A stretch of DNA of 64,000 nucleotides. It comes from Bacteroidota bacterium. Lineage in GTDB: Bacteria; Bacteroidota; Ignavibacteria; Tepidaquicellales; Tepidaquicellaceae. The notes below the pieces were generated by a model. It did not search any database, was not told the origin of the DNA, and was given only the letters and a program-made list of their open reading frames with translations. The stretch covers positions 705 through 64,704 of the forward strand of contig JAJTBN010000001.1 of the NCBI GenBank assembly GCA_021286895.1, written 5' to 3'. Shown here piece by piece: positions 54,427 through 64,000 of this stretch; positions within the stretch are counted from its first letter, which is position 1; every line of letters begins with the position of its first letter. A program made the translations under genes and the position numbers.

Positions 54427-54879
54427 ATGAAAATCCGTGATATTGAAATAATAACGGACAACATTCTTTTTATAAAGACTATGATATCCAGAGCGATTCT
54501 CAACGCCGTGGGCAACAGGGAGGTGGTCTCTCCGGGCATGTATTATGTTATGCTTGTTCTTGAAAAGAACGGGCCGCTTCCCATGTCGGGAATAAGCAGG
54601 GAGATGCTTATTCCTAAGCCGAACGTTACAAAACTGGTTGACAAACTCATCGCTGACGGGCTTGTTGAAAGGATTCCCGACGCAGCGGACAGGAGAATAA
54701 TCAAAATCCGGCTCAGTAGAAAAGGAGAAAAAGTCAAGAACGAAATAAACAAAGCCCTTACCGAGAACGCTTTTCGCAAAACATTCAATCTTACGGAAAA
54801 GGATATAAAGATTATATCCGGTCATCTGATAGGAATAAGAGAGATTTTCGCGAAAAGAACGGATTCGAAACAAAATTAA
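54427..54879 (+). CDS. MarR-family transcriptional regulator
   Basis: 150 aa. The winged-helix region reads PMSGISREMLIPKPNVTKLVDKLIADGLVERIPDAADRRIIKIRLSRKGE. Confidence 0.85.
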   Translation: MKIRDIEIITDNILFIKTMISRAILNAVGNREVVSPGMYYVMLVLEKNGPLPMSGISREMLIPKPNVTKLVDKLIADGLVERIPDAADRRIIKIRLSRKGEKVKNEINKALTENAFRKTFNLTEKDIKIISGHLIGIREIFAKRTDSKQN

Positions 54880-54897
54880 AATTTAAGGAACATACAA

Positions 54898-55956
54898 ATG
54901 TCATTAAACGAAGATACAGGAAACGGCTCAAATCCGGACCTTAATGCCGGTCAGGAAAAAACACCTCAGAAGAGCAGGTTGAAATTTTACATACCTCTCG
55001 CACTCGTTGTACTTGCCGTAATCGCGGGTTCGGTTTACTGGTATATACAGTATTCGAAATACATCACCACTGACGACGCTCACGTGGATTCGGACGGAGT
55101 TTCGGTGAGTTCCAAAATAATGGGCAGGGTCATACGGCTTTATGCAGATGAAGGCGACACGGTGAAGCAGGGGATGCTGCTTGCCGAACTTGACAGCACG
55201 GACCTTGTGGCGCAGAAAGAGCAAACAATTGCGGTAAGAGAGCAGACTGTTTCGGCAAAGACGCAGGCAGAGGCGAAATACAAGTACGACAGGGAAAACA
55301 TTAAAGTGCTGGAGGTGAAGTACCGAAAAGCCGCCGACGATTACAACAGAGGAAAATCACAGTACTCGGCGGACGTGATAACAAAAGAAAATTATGAGCA
55401 TCTTGAAAAAGCGCTTGAGACCTCGAAAGCCGAACTTGACGCGGCAAATTCTCTTCTCGGCGTTTCAAGAGCGCAGATAGGGAACACGGTCGCTTCTATC
55501 CAGAGCGCGGACGCGCAAATTCAGGTAATTTCAACGCAGTTGAAAAACACGAGGATTTACGCGCCTATGGACGGCGTTGTGGCAAAGCGCTGGCTGCTTC
55601 CGGGCGATATAGTCCAGCCGGGACAGTCAATACTAACAATATCGAACAACAGGAATTTCTGGGTAGCGGTATATCTTGAAGAGACAAAGATGACAAACGT
55701 CCGCATGAACCAGAAAACTCTTTTTACAATTGACGCCTATCCCGGAAAAATTTTCTACGGAAAAATTTTCTTTATAGGCTCGAACACCGCCTCGCAGTTC
55801 TCTCTTATCCCTCCGAATAACGCCTCCGGAAATTTCACAAAGGTAACGCAAAGAGTGCCTTTGAAAATATCAATAGACGGAGTGGAAGACGAGAACGACA
55901 TGACGATTTATAAACTTATGGCGGGAATGTCTGCCGATATTAAAATTGTAAAATAA
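54898..55956 (+). CDS. HlyD/EmrA-family membrane fusion protein
   Basis: N-terminal TM anchor, a lipoyl-like motif (VKQGMLLAELD ... IYAPMDGVVAKRWLLPGDIVQPGQ) and a long coiled-coil between them. Confidence 0.85.
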   Translation: MSLNEDTGNGSNPDLNAGQEKTPQKSRLKFYIPLALVVLAVIAGSVYWYIQYSKYITTDDAHVDSDGVSVSSKIMGRVIRLYADEGDTVKQGMLLAELDSTDLVAQKEQTIAVREQTVSAKTQAEAKYKYDRENIKVLEVKYRKAADDYNRGKSQYSADVITKENYEHLEKALETSKAELDAANSLLGVSRAQIGNTVASIQSADAQIQVISTQLKNTRIYAPMDGVVAKRWLLPGDIVQPGQSILTISNNRNFWVAVYLEETKMTNVRMNQKTLFTIDAYPGKIFYGKIFFIGSNTASQFSLIPPNNASGNFTKVTQRVPLKISIDGVEDENDMTIYKLMAGMSADIKIVK

Positions 55957-57579
55957 ATGGCAAAGGCAGGTCTGCTACACAGTTTAAGGAGAGTAACACG
56001 CGGAAGGGATTCGACGCTGCACCCAAAGCATCCGAAGTATCCGTGGTTTGTCCTGATTAATATTATGATAGGCACGTTCATGGCCGTACTTGACGCTACA
56101 ATCGTTAATGTCGGGCTGCCGAAAATAATGGCTTCATTCGGAGTAGGAATCGATACGATTGAATGGGTGATTACCGGATACATGCTCGCCATGGCTTTGA
56201 GTCTGCCAACATCGAGCTGGTTCGCCGACAGATTCGGGTATAAGAAAATGTACACAATCGGGCTCGCGCTTTTTACGTTCGGTTCGTTTCTCTGCGGTCT
56301 CGCGAACGAAGAGAATTTTCTTATCGCGGCAAGAGTTATACAGGGGCTTGGCGGCGGTTTTATAATGCCGATAGGAATGGCAATCGTGACGCGAGAATTC
56401 TCAATCGAAAAACGGGGTATCGCGCTCGGTTTCTGGGCTGTAGCATCGGCCGCGTCGGTTTCATTCGGTCCGCTCATCGGGGGTTATCTTGTCGATAATT
56501 TCAGCTGGCAGTTGATTTTCGACGTAAACATTCCCGTAGGTATTATAGGAATAATAATTACGATAATAATACAGAGGGAGTATGTAAATAAGAAAGTAAG
56601 GAAGTTCGACATCGTCGGATTTATTTCAGCGAGTGTATTTCTGCCTTTGACGCTGTACGCGCTTTCCGAAGGCACGGCGGCATCGAATTCGGAAGGATGG
56701 TCGGCGCCTTATATTCTCGTTTGTTTCGCGATAGCGGCAGTATCGCTTGCGGTGTTCATAACCAACGAACTATTAGTCGAGAACCCTTTGATAGACCTTC
56801 GCATATTCGCGAACCATAATTTTGCGATGGGAAACGTAACACTGTTCATATTCGGCATAGGCATGTTCGGAAGCACATTTCTGCTTCCGCTCTACCTTCA
56901 GAATTCCCTGGGTTATACGGCGCTCCAGTCGGGCGCGGTGTTTCTGCCTGTCGGGTTCATACAGGGCGCAATATCGCCGCTTGTGGGCGCGATATCAGAC
57001 AAGACCAGCCACAAAATTCCGATTTTTCTGGGAGTCGTAATACTTGCCGTTAGTTTTTACATAAACAGTTTCCTGTCTTTTCTCACGGAGCACGATTATA
57101 TTATGATATCTCTTTACATGAGAGGCTTTGGTCTCGGTCTGATTTTCACCCCGCTAAGCACTATATCGCTTCTTGAAGTTCCGCACTCAAAAATGGGGCA
57201 GGCATCAGGTCTTTTTAACGTAATACGGCAGCTTGGCGGAAGTTTTGGAGTCGCGCTGCTTGCTACAATTCTGACATCGAGAGTCAACTATCACACTCAG
57301 GTTTACGGTGAATCGATAAACGCGAATTCGCAGACTTTGAAGAACGTAACGACGCACCTGAATTATTACATACAAAAGAATGCCGGCAGTCCTTACAGTA
57401 AAGCGCAGAACCAGAGCAAAGCTCTGATTAACATGGACGTCGGAAAGCAGGCTTTCATTCAGGCTGTCGACGACGATTTTCTTATCGCGGGAATTATTAC
57501 TCTTACGGGAGGAATCCCGGTAATATTTCTTCACTCAAAGAAAAAAAGGAATTTATTAAAGAATAAAGCGAATGATTAA
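55957..57579 (+). CDS. MFS drug:H+ antiporter, DHA2 (EmrB/QacA-like, 14-TM) family
   Basis: 540 aa. VLDATIVNVGLP, GWFADRFGYKKMY and VIQGLGGG motifs. The start immediately follows the fusion-protein stop. Confidence 0.9.
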   Translation: MAKAGLLHSLRRVTRGRDSTLHPKHPKYPWFVLINIMIGTFMAVLDATIVNVGLPKIMASFGVGIDTIEWVITGYMLAMALSLPTSSWFADRFGYKKMYTIGLALFTFGSFLCGLANEENFLIAARVIQGLGGGFIMPIGMAIVTREFSIEKRGIALGFWAVASAASVSFGPLIGGYLVDNFSWQLIFDVNIPVGIIGIIITIIIQREYVNKKVRKFDIVGFISASVFLPLTLYALSEGTAASNSEGWSAPYILVCFAIAAVSLAVFITNELLVENPLIDLRIFANHNFAMGNVTLFIFGIGMFGSTFLLPLYLQNSLGYTALQSGAVFLPVGFIQGAISPLVGAISDKTSHKIPIFLGVVILAVSFYINSFLSFLTEHDYIMISLYMRGFGLGLIFTPLSTISLLEVPHSKMGQASGLFNVIRQLGGSFGVALLATILTSRVNYHTQVYGESINANSQTLKNVTTHLNYYIQKNAGSPYSKAQNQSKALINMDVGKQAFIQAVDDDFLIAGIITLTGGIPVIFLHSKKKRNLLKNKAND

Positions 57580-58903
57580 AATAAAATTTCATATAATTTT
57601 TTCGGTAATAGCAATTTTGATTTTTGCCGGCATGTCATTTTCACAGCAAAGCCCGGTAAACACGGCGCCGGCGGATACGCTTACGCTTGAGCGGTTAATA
57701 AAGGAAGTCATAGAAAACCATCCTTCCGTAAAGGAAGCCGAAGAGAAACTCAATGAATCGGACGCGAGGGTAAATCTTGCGAAGACGGGATACTATCCGA
57801 ACGCGGACATAAAAATATCATACACGAGACTTACCCCGATATCAACATTCGATGTTCCGATGCTTGGTAGTTTCAAACTGTTTCCGGAGAACGATTATTT
57901 CTCCGCGTTAAATCTCAGCGAAAACGTATTTGATTTCGGAAAGACGAAGCGTAAAGCAGAGTATGAAACCGAAAACAGAAATCTTTCAAAGCAAAATCTT
58001 GAGCAGATAAAACAATCGCTTTCAATCTCCGCGGTTACCGCGTATTTCACGGTGCTTTACCTTCAGGAGGCAATCGATATAAAGAACGAACAATTAAGAA
58101 CTCTCAATTCGCATCTTGAATTCGTTCAAAAGAAGCAGGAGACCGGCTCGGCTATAAAATACGAGATTCTGACGACTCAGGTAAAAATTACGAACGTGGA
58201 AAGCCAGAAGACCGACCTTGAAGCGGCGCTTGTCTCACAGATGTCGACTCTTAACACACTTATAGGAAAGCCGCCGTACACAGAGCATATAATAAACAGG
58301 GAACTTCCCGGAAATAATATCGGCGTGAACGAAGATTCGCTTGTATCTTACGCGGTGGAAAACAGGGATGAGATGGTAATGGCGAGAGAGAAAGCGAAAT
58401 TATCCGAATTGAAATACGGAGTTCTTGAACTACAGAATTATCCCGAACTGAACGTGTTCGCGATAGGTGGCTGGAAAAACGGTTACATACCTGATTTGTA
58501 CAAGATGACTTTCAACCTGTCAGTCGGGTTTGGAATAACGATACCCATCTTTGATGCCGGGAGGAACAAGAACAATCTACTCATAGCAAAATCAAACATC
58601 ACGGAAGAGAACTATCAGATTGAAAGCGCGAAAAGAAAGATAATATCCGAGGTAGTGCAAAATAACGAAAACCTGAAAGCGTCGAAGAAAAAACTCGGTC
58701 AGTTCATGCTGCAATTAGAGCAGGCGGAAAAAGCCTATTCCCTCGCGGAAATAAACTTCAAGGAAGGTGCGATAACGAACCTTGACCTGCTTGACGCGGA
58801 GACGACAGTGTCGGAAAGCAGGCTCATGCTGCTTAAAGCGAAAATAGAATGCACGATTAATACATTCAAACTAAAATCGACAATAGGCCAGAGGTTATAT
58901 TAA
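57572..58903 (+). CDS. TolC-family outer-membrane efflux protein
   Basis: 443 aa with a signal peptide and two repeats of the alpha-helical/beta-barrel pattern. Overlaps the MFS gene by 8 nt. Confidence 0.85.
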   Translation: MIKIKFHIIFSVIAILIFAGMSFSQQSPVNTAPADTLTLERLIKEVIENHPSVKEAEEKLNESDARVNLAKTGYYPNADIKISYTRLTPISTFDVPMLGSFKLFPENDYFSALNLSENVFDFGKTKRKAEYETENRNLSKQNLEQIKQSLSISAVTAYFTVLYLQEAIDIKNEQLRTLNSHLEFVQKKQETGSAIKYEILTTQVKITNVESQKTDLEAALVSQMSTLNTLIGKPPYTEHIINRELPGNNIGVNEDSLVSYAVENRDEMVMAREKAKLSELKYGVLELQNYPELNVFAIGGWKNGYIPDLYKMTFNLSVGFGITIPIFDAGRNKNNLLIAKSNITEENYQIESAKRKIISEVVQNNENLKASKKKLGQFMLQLEQAEKAYSLAEINFKEGAITNLDLLDAETTVSESRLMLLKAKIECTINTFKLKSTIGQRLY

Positions 58904-58932
58904 CTCATCGCAGGTAATGCGAATTATTTTTA

Positions 58933-58964
58933 AAGCCCTGCAAACGCAAGTTGCAGGGCTTTTC
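58933..58964. terminator. Intrinsic terminator between convergent genes
   Basis: AGCCCTGCAA (58934-58943) pairs with TTGCAGGGCT (58950-58959) and is followed by TTTT. Confidence 0.6.
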
Positions 58965-59023
58965 TATAAGCAATTTCCTTAGGGCTTTTTGAAAAATGTT
59001 TGCGTTATTTCCATTATAGTCTA

Positions 59024-61405
59024 TTATTTTATAACCGCGAGTTTCTTGGAGAATGTGTATTCATTTCCGTTGTCCCCTGCCGTCATCCTGTAATAATAAA
59101 CTCCACTCGGAAGCCCCGAGGCGTTAAACTCTATTGTATAAAAACCGGCCGACTTAAGTTCGCCGGAAAGAAGATTTTTAACTTCACGACCCAGTGCATC
59201 ATATAATGTCAGACTGACCCTGCTGTCGGCAGGAAGTTCAAAATCTATGCGTGTTGACGGATTGAACGGATTGGGATAGTTTTGCGAAAGACTGAATTTG
59301 CCGGGTAATCCGACTTCAACCAAATTATTCAGGTTGAAATACGTTGAATTACCGTTCAGGTCAACCTGTTTTATTCTGTAGTCATATTTTCCTGTACTCA
59401 TTTTAATGTCTTCGTAGGTATAATTCGTAACTGAGTTTGAATTTCCTTTACCGTTAATGAATCCCAGGTAAGAGAATGAATTATCACCGTGACCGGATCT
59501 CTGTATTTCAAAACCTTTGTTATTGATTTCTGAAGACGTCGCCCAGTAAAGTTTTACGTTTCGTCCCGAAACCGCTGATGAGAAAGAAAGCATTTCAACC
59601 GGGAGAACTCCGTTGAGAGGATTGTCAGAGGAATTTCCCGCTATCACGAACTGACTAAACCCGCTCATGCCGCTTCTGTTAGCCACGGGATTAGAATTTG
59701 TACCCGTCCCAGTTATATGATTTCCGACAAGTGTCCATGGCGAATTCGGCGGCGATGAAGCCCTTTTAATTATTCTCAGTAGTGTACAGTCATTAACACC
59801 CTGAATTGATTCCGCGTTTATTGATAACGTATAAACTCCACCGAGGTTTGTGTTCTGGTCTATCTGCCAGTATCCTGTATTGCTGTAAACGTCAACCAGA
59901 TATCCGTTATCGTTAAGCGGTGTCAAAAAATTTCCCGCGTCGCCTGTTATGTATTTTGCCGTCAGTGTGCCTGAAACAGTCGGCGCAGTTGTAAAATTAA
60001 CCGTAACCATTCTTCCGAGCGATGAAAGCCCGAGCGGAAACAAATAACTTCCGGTATTATTTGTTACGGATCTTGTCATTGTTCCGATTACGTATCCTGC
60101 AGTTCTGCTTAAGGCGTTCGGCGCAGCGTTGCTCAGCATCAGTGTGTATGTTCCGGTAGTCACGTTACCCGAGGTCATGTTGATATAGTTTGTAGCCGTC
60201 AGATTGCCTGTAAGCGTAACTCCGGCGTTGTTTCCGAAAGTTATTCCGTAAACGCTTGAAGGCAGACTGTTGCCGGTAACCTGAGCGCTTGTGCCGTTGT
60301 ATTCATAGTTCGCGTTTGTGCTGAATGACCTTGTTCCCGTGACCTGTATGTTTCCCGTCGATGCGGTTGAACTTATCCCGTTCGGGTCGCCCATTTTAAG
60401 CGTACCGCCGGACAATAGACTGAAAGAGCCGGCGTCAGTCAGGAAAAAAGTGGAACAGGCAAGCGTGCCGTTGCTGTTTACTGCAAAACTTCTTCCCGAA
60501 CCTACTTTGTGATTCGAGAGAAACGTAACCGATTTTGAATCATAAACCGTCCAGTTGATTTTTGTTACCGCGTTTGTTGCGAGGGTGCCTGAAATATTCG
60601 AAGTAACGGAAGCGGCTCCGTACCTGTAATTAAAATACAGAGTACCGTTCCTCAGGTCCATATTCCCGCCGGACTGTAAATCGAAGTTACCGCCGAGGTT
60701 AAGATTGTATGTTTGCGATGAGTTATTACTGTTCGTAAATTTAAAACTCGCGCCGTTATGAATCTCAAAATTGCCCCCTATAGTCAGCGTAGTACCGGTG
60801 TTGTTCGATATGCAGAAATCGTTACCTCCGGTAGCGTTTAAAATCAGATTGCCGTTAATTGTCAGGGTTGAGTTCGCGGCAATATTGCAATTAAGATCTC
60901 CATTCAGAGAGGCGATATTAATTGTAAGGTTACCATAATCAACGAAAGGCAATGGCGACGGATTTCTCGAGCCGCTGCTTGCCCAGCCGTTTATATTCAC
61001 GTTGCTTGAGGAACCGAGGGTAATGGAAGAAGAAGACCCCGGGAAGTCGCTCGTGTTTCCGTCTCCGCTTCCGTTGCTCCAGTTGTGATTATAAGTACCT
61101 CCGTTGTTTACCTGAAACGCAGGCGCGGATACTTTGAAAGTCGCAGTAAGTGTTCCGCCGCTTTCAATCTGAATCGCTGAGTTTGTCCCGCTGACAGTCC
61201 ATGTTCCTGTTGTTGTCATGGAATGAGAGTTCTGAATCACGAAAATATCGCCGCTCTTAAAATTCGGCGGATTGCTTCCTCCACCGCCCCTTAAAGAATT
61301 CCAACTCGATGTAGAGGTTGCGTTTAGGCTGCCCTGAGAATAATACGTATTTCCGTATACTCCGATACAGCATATCATAAAAAGTAATACAAATAAATTT
61401 TTCAT
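59024..61405 (-). CDS. Secreted Ser/Thr/Gly/Asn-rich beta-helix-like protein with T9SS C-terminal sorting domain (adhesin-like)
   Basis: Signal peptide. Many GG(T/N)L...N repeats (SGGTLTATF, NNGGTYNHNW, GGNMDLRNGTLYF). C-terminal FSLSQNYPNPFNPSTRIDFELP...GVYYYRM. Confidence 0.75.
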   Translation of the reverse strand: MKNLFVLLFMICCIGVYGNTYYSQGSLNATSTSSWNSLRGGGGSNPPNFKSGDIFVIQNSHSMTTTGTWTVSGTNSAIQIESGGTLTATFKVSAPAFQVNNGGTYNHNWSNGSGDGNTSDFPGSSSSITLGSSSNVNINGWASSGSRNPSPLPFVDYGNLTINIASLNGDLNCNIAANSTLTINGNLILNATGGNDFCISNNTGTTLTIGGNFEIHNGASFKFTNSNNSSQTYNLNLGGNFDLQSGGNMDLRNGTLYFNYRYGAASVTSNISGTLATNAVTKINWTVYDSKSVTFLSNHKVGSGRSFAVNSNGTLACSTFFLTDAGSFSLLSGGTLKMGDPNGISSTASTGNIQVTGTRSFSTNANYEYNGTSAQVTGNSLPSSVYGITFGNNAGVTLTGNLTATNYINMTSGNVTTGTYTLMLSNAAPNALSRTAGYVIGTMTRSVTNNTGSYLFPLGLSSLGRMVTVNFTTAPTVSGTLTAKYITGDAGNFLTPLNDNGYLVDVYSNTGYWQIDQNTNLGGVYTLSINAESIQGVNDCTLLRIIKRASSPPNSPWTLVGNHITGTGTNSNPVANRSGMSGFSQFVIAGNSSDNPLNGVLPVEMLSFSSAVSGRNVKLYWATSSEINNKGFEIQRSGHGDNSFSYLGFINGKGNSNSVTNYTYEDIKMSTGKYDYRIKQVDLNGNSTYFNLNNLVEVGLPGKFSLSQNYPNPFNPSTRIDFELPADSRVSLTLYDALGREVKNLLSGELKSAGFYTIEFNASGLPSGVYYYRMTAGDNGNEYTFSKKLAVIK

Positions 61406-61507
61406 ATTTTTACCCTTTCACTTAAATTTAAATGCTGACGGATTTCACTGTTTACAGTAAGGCTGAATTTGCGGAACAAAATATCTTGTATCCTAAGCAG
61501 AAATAAT

Positions 61508-61553
61508 ACCGGCGCCAGCGCTTTCCGAAATACGGAAACCGGCCGGCGCCGGA
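61508..61553 (-). terminator. Possible terminator hairpin downstream of the hydrolase gene
   Basis: CCGGCGCC (61509-61516) pairs with GGCGCCGG (61545-61552), with an inner TTTCCG/CGGAAA hairpin. The U-tract on the minus strand is weak. Confidence 0.35.
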
Positions 61554-61561
61554 GTTTTAGT

Positions 61562-63595
61562 TTATTTAATTAGAATTAATTTTTTTACTTCCGAATAATT
61601 GCCGGCGGTTATTTTGTAAAAATATATTCCGCTCGACATCTTGTATGAATCGGCATTTAGCACAACTGAATAATATCCGGGATTTGCCTGAGCGTTGACC
61701 AGCACGGCAATTTCCTTTCCTGATATGTCATATATCTTAAGCGTGACGAAACTGTTTTGCGGAATAGAATAATTTATTGTCGTAGACGGATTAAAAGGAT
61801 TAGGATAATTCTGGCTAAGACGGAATTCACGGGGCGCCGAGGCGTCTGTTTGTTCCGTGTATTCTGATTCATCGTTTAAGAATATGTTTCCGGAAATATT
61901 CGCGTTTACTGTTTGCACAGGCAGATTTATATAACTTTTGTTAGTATAATAAATTTTCGATGTGCCGTTTTTCAGGTCAGGAAGAACGTGCGGGTTTGTG
62001 CCAAGGAACGTTGAATCGTCCGGCGCGGTATCCAGATTCGTTATTATGATTTTTATCTTGTTTCCCGCTCTAAAGATATGACCATGGGAAAGTCCGTTTA
62101 CAACTGTGTTCTTTCTCGAGTTAACAGTATTTTTTCTGTCAGTATAATTTACTCTTGTTATTAATTTAGATTTGGCGCCGTTTACTTCATAAATCTGGTA
62201 GTTAAACTGGCATTCGGCCGCGTTAGATGAGTAATCGATGCCAATCTGCGGCGTTCCTACGAATTTCAGGTCCTGCGCCAGAACAGGCGTCTGAAAAACC
62301 AGAGAGGCTTTTTTGAACTGATTGTTGAAAGTAGTTCCCGTGAATTCTTCGTTAACCGCCTTGAGCATAGTCAGATTTTTGTTGACGCTGTTGGCAAGAC
62401 TGCTATTGGCGTTTTGATTGGTCCCGGGTGCGGTCTCGAGTTTTCCGTTTGGTTTAAAATATAAAACCGTGTTAGTCATGCCGTTAGGAGGCCATACGGC
62501 GGAACTGTCGTGTACAAATGTCCACATACCGCTTGTTTCGGGATACGAAGTGTACGCGTAATGGAATTTAGGTCTTGTCAGAATTCCGTTATCTATATTG
62601 AACAGCCAGAAAAAGAACCACTCGTTAAAGAAATTCATGTGCCATTGGTCTTCAGTAAGGGAATAATCCCCGCCGTGTCCTCTTACTGCTCCGAAATAAT
62701 ACCGTTTGGGCGAAGTCAATAAAGGAATTGTATTTAAATTACCAGAAGCGTTGAAGAATTTATCCTGCCACGCGTTCTCGAGCAATATCGGAATAGTGTT
62801 CTGCGGAACAAGGTTAGTAAAATTCCTGTCTTTCGGGAGCCAGTAAGTAAGACTGTCCCATTTGTCCGGCGAACTTGAATACACCCAGTTTCGCATAGCA
62901 ATTACCTGAGGCGAATATCTTGCGGTATCGGGAGTGTAATCGATGGTCCACAGGAATGTCATTTTTATGGACCCGTTTTCAATCCAGCTTGACGCGAATT
63001 CAGGAGACGCGAGAGCGGATATTACGGTTTTTACGTTCATGCCGTAGCAAAGCGCCATATAAGGAATTATACCGCCCTGAGAACCGCCCATAATCAGCAC
63101 GTTGCTGCTGTCTATACCCGACTGGGAATCTTTTTTTACGTAGTTTACGACCTCCATTAAATCCTGCGCTTCTGTAGTGCTTATCAGGTTTGATAGTCCG
63201 CCTGAATTTCCCTGTCCTCTCATGCTGTATGTGTAAACACAATAGCCGTAAGAGGCCTGTGCCGACGCAAACCCTTCCAGTGTCTCTTTCCTGTCGCCGT
63301 ATCCGTGGCACATAATGACTCCAGGATAACCGTTAGGAAGATACGGATTAGGCATATCCGGATAGAATTTCGAGCAATCAAGGACGACACTATCACGAAG
63401 CGTAATAGTGAAATCCTGTTTGATTACCGACGTAACGGACATCCTCGGCGAAGGAACCATCGGCAGTTTTGGAAAATTGTATGTATCTCTGTTTTTCGTT
63501 CTGATTTTTGCCGATGTATTATCCTGCGCTTTTATACTGCCGGAAATCAGCACGGCGCAGATTAGAACCAGCCCGAAAATAATTTTGTTTTTCAT
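61562..63595 (-). CDS. Secreted alpha/beta-hydrolase (S9/S15-like serine peptidase or esterase fold) with T9SS C-terminal sorting domain
   Basis: VIMCHGYGDRKE and the nucleophile elbow IMGGSQGG. C-terminal FRLSQNYPNPFNPSTTINYSIP...GIYFYKI. The ATG at 63595 (MKNKIIFG) has an AAGGAGAG site upstream and avoids overlap with the next gene. Confidence 0.75.
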   Translation of the reverse strand: MKNKIIFGLVLICAVLISGSIKAQDNTSAKIRTKNRDTYNFPKLPMVPSPRMSVTSVIKQDFTITLRDSVVLDCSKFYPDMPNPYLPNGYPGVIMCHGYGDRKETLEGFASAQASYGYCVYTYSMRGQGNSGGLSNLISTTEAQDLMEVVNYVKKDSQSGIDSSNVLIMGGSQGGIIPYMALCYGMNVKTVISALASPEFASSWIENGSIKMTFLWTIDYTPDTARYSPQVIAMRNWVYSSSPDKWDSLTYWLPKDRNFTNLVPQNTIPILLENAWQDKFFNASGNLNTIPLLTSPKRYYFGAVRGHGGDYSLTEDQWHMNFFNEWFFFWLFNIDNGILTRPKFHYAYTSYPETSGMWTFVHDSSAVWPPNGMTNTVLYFKPNGKLETAPGTNQNANSSLANSVNKNLTMLKAVNEEFTGTTFNNQFKKASLVFQTPVLAQDLKFVGTPQIGIDYSSNAAECQFNYQIYEVNGAKSKLITRVNYTDRKNTVNSRKNTVVNGLSHGHIFRAGNKIKIIITNLDTAPDDSTFLGTNPHVLPDLKNGTSKIYYTNKSYINLPVQTVNANISGNIFLNDESEYTEQTDASAPREFRLSQNYPNPFNPSTTINYSIPQNSFVTLKIYDISGKEIAVLVNAQANPGYYSVVLNADSYKMSSGIYFYKITAGNYSEVKKLILIK

Positions 63596-63624
63596 TGTCT
63601 CTCCTTGGAATTTTAAATTACATT

Positions 63625-64000
63625 TTAGTAATGGGTTGTTGAATCCCACACAACCTTGCTTTTAGTTTTCCTGAAAACTTTAATAGCCCTCGAAACAGCG
63701 AAGAAATTAATGGCCGTATCCGGAAACAAACGGAAAAAACTGAAAAATCCGTAACGGAAACCATACCAGTTGCTTGTAAATACAAACCTGTGGACTGACC
63801 TTGATAGCATGAAAAAAACATTGGCGCTCATCAGGTACCACATCACCGGTGAGTTACTTACAAGATAAACCGAATCACGTCCCAGAAGCAGGCTTGTAAA
63901 GAGGGCATATATTATATAGAAAAATATAATGTTCGAAAGAAAAGCCCCCGGCAGGCTGAATATTGGTTTCCTGTCGCGGAACAGGAAGTACTTTGTTGTC
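63625..64000 (-). CDS. Partial CDS (C-terminal ~125 aa) of an unidentified polytopic membrane protein running off the window
   Basis: The frame is open from the window edge to the stop at 63625. The hydrophobic translation reads ...FLSNIIFFYIIYALFTSLLLG...VMWYLMSANVFFML. No family assignment is possible. Confidence 0.45.
   Translation of the reverse strand, partial: TTKYFLFRDRKPIFSLPGAFLSNIIFFYIIYALFTSLLLGRDSVYLVSNSPVMWYLMSANVFFMLSRSVHRFVFTSNWYGFRYGFFSFFRLFPDTAINFFAVSRAIKVFRKTKSKVVWDSTTHY

Noticed and set aside
54418-54873. A 151-aa ORF antisense to the MarR-family gene.
   Set aside because: It is a mirror ORF of a clearly recognisable winged-helix regulator and has no independent support.

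Overview
This 64-kb window looks like a chromosomal segment from an FCB-superphylum bacterium, Bacteroidota- or Ignavibacteria-like. That placement is inferred from six proteins ending in T9SS-type C-terminal sorting domains (NYPNPFNP motif) and from TAnnTTTG-like promoter words. No rRNA, tRNA, CRISPR array, transposase or integrase was recognised.

Gene content in order:
1. The 3' part of an oligopeptide-type ABC importer (one permease, two ATPases) and an LVIVD-repeat lipoprotein.
2. A minus-strand operon encoding an octaheme (tetrathionate-reductase-family) cytochrome c, a b-type cytochrome and a split YeeE/YedE sulfur transporter, one half fused to a Cys-less rhodanese domain.
3. A TonB-dependent receptor preceded by a structured leader and an intrinsic terminator (riboswitch-like).
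4. An OsmC-family gene, a small CxSGxCP membrane protein, and a secreted Gly/Asn/Cys-rich protein.
5. A 2065-aa thioester-containing alpha-2-macroglobulin gene followed by a 1-kb ORF-free AT-rich tract. Both are bracketed by direct copies of a roughly 115-150-nt repeat module.
6. A cysteine-synthase-family gene, divergent from a cluster of a His-rich NifX-like protein, a DUF134 regulator, a second NifX-like protein, a NapH-like 4Fe-4S membrane protein and two paralogous TonB-dependent barrels.
7. A TrmB-family regulator followed by four T9SS cargo genes (two BNR propellers, one unknown, one S8 protease).
8. A 10-gene colinear heme operon (hemX-like, then hemA-C-D-E-N-H-Y-B-L).
9. A structured noncoding kilobase, a small Cys-rich membrane protein and an orphan LytTR response regulator.
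10. An acyl-ACP thioesterase coupled to an HExxH protein.
11. A MarR / membrane-fusion / MFS / TolC efflux operon.
12. Two more T9SS cargo genes and a partial membrane-protein gene at the right edge.

The most unusual sequence-level signal lies in the intergenic DNA rather than in any protein. It is a mosaic family of repeats: GAGAGTC...GACTCTC hairpins, heptad-phased CTAAYTN stop-codon repeats, AACTTTTAATTTT arms, and A-rich words placed after stop codons.

The best candidates for undescribed biology are the NifX/DUF134/NapH/TonB cluster, the octaheme-YeeE operon, the riboswitch-like leader and the repeat family. All functional calls rest on motif recognition by eye; no database search was run.
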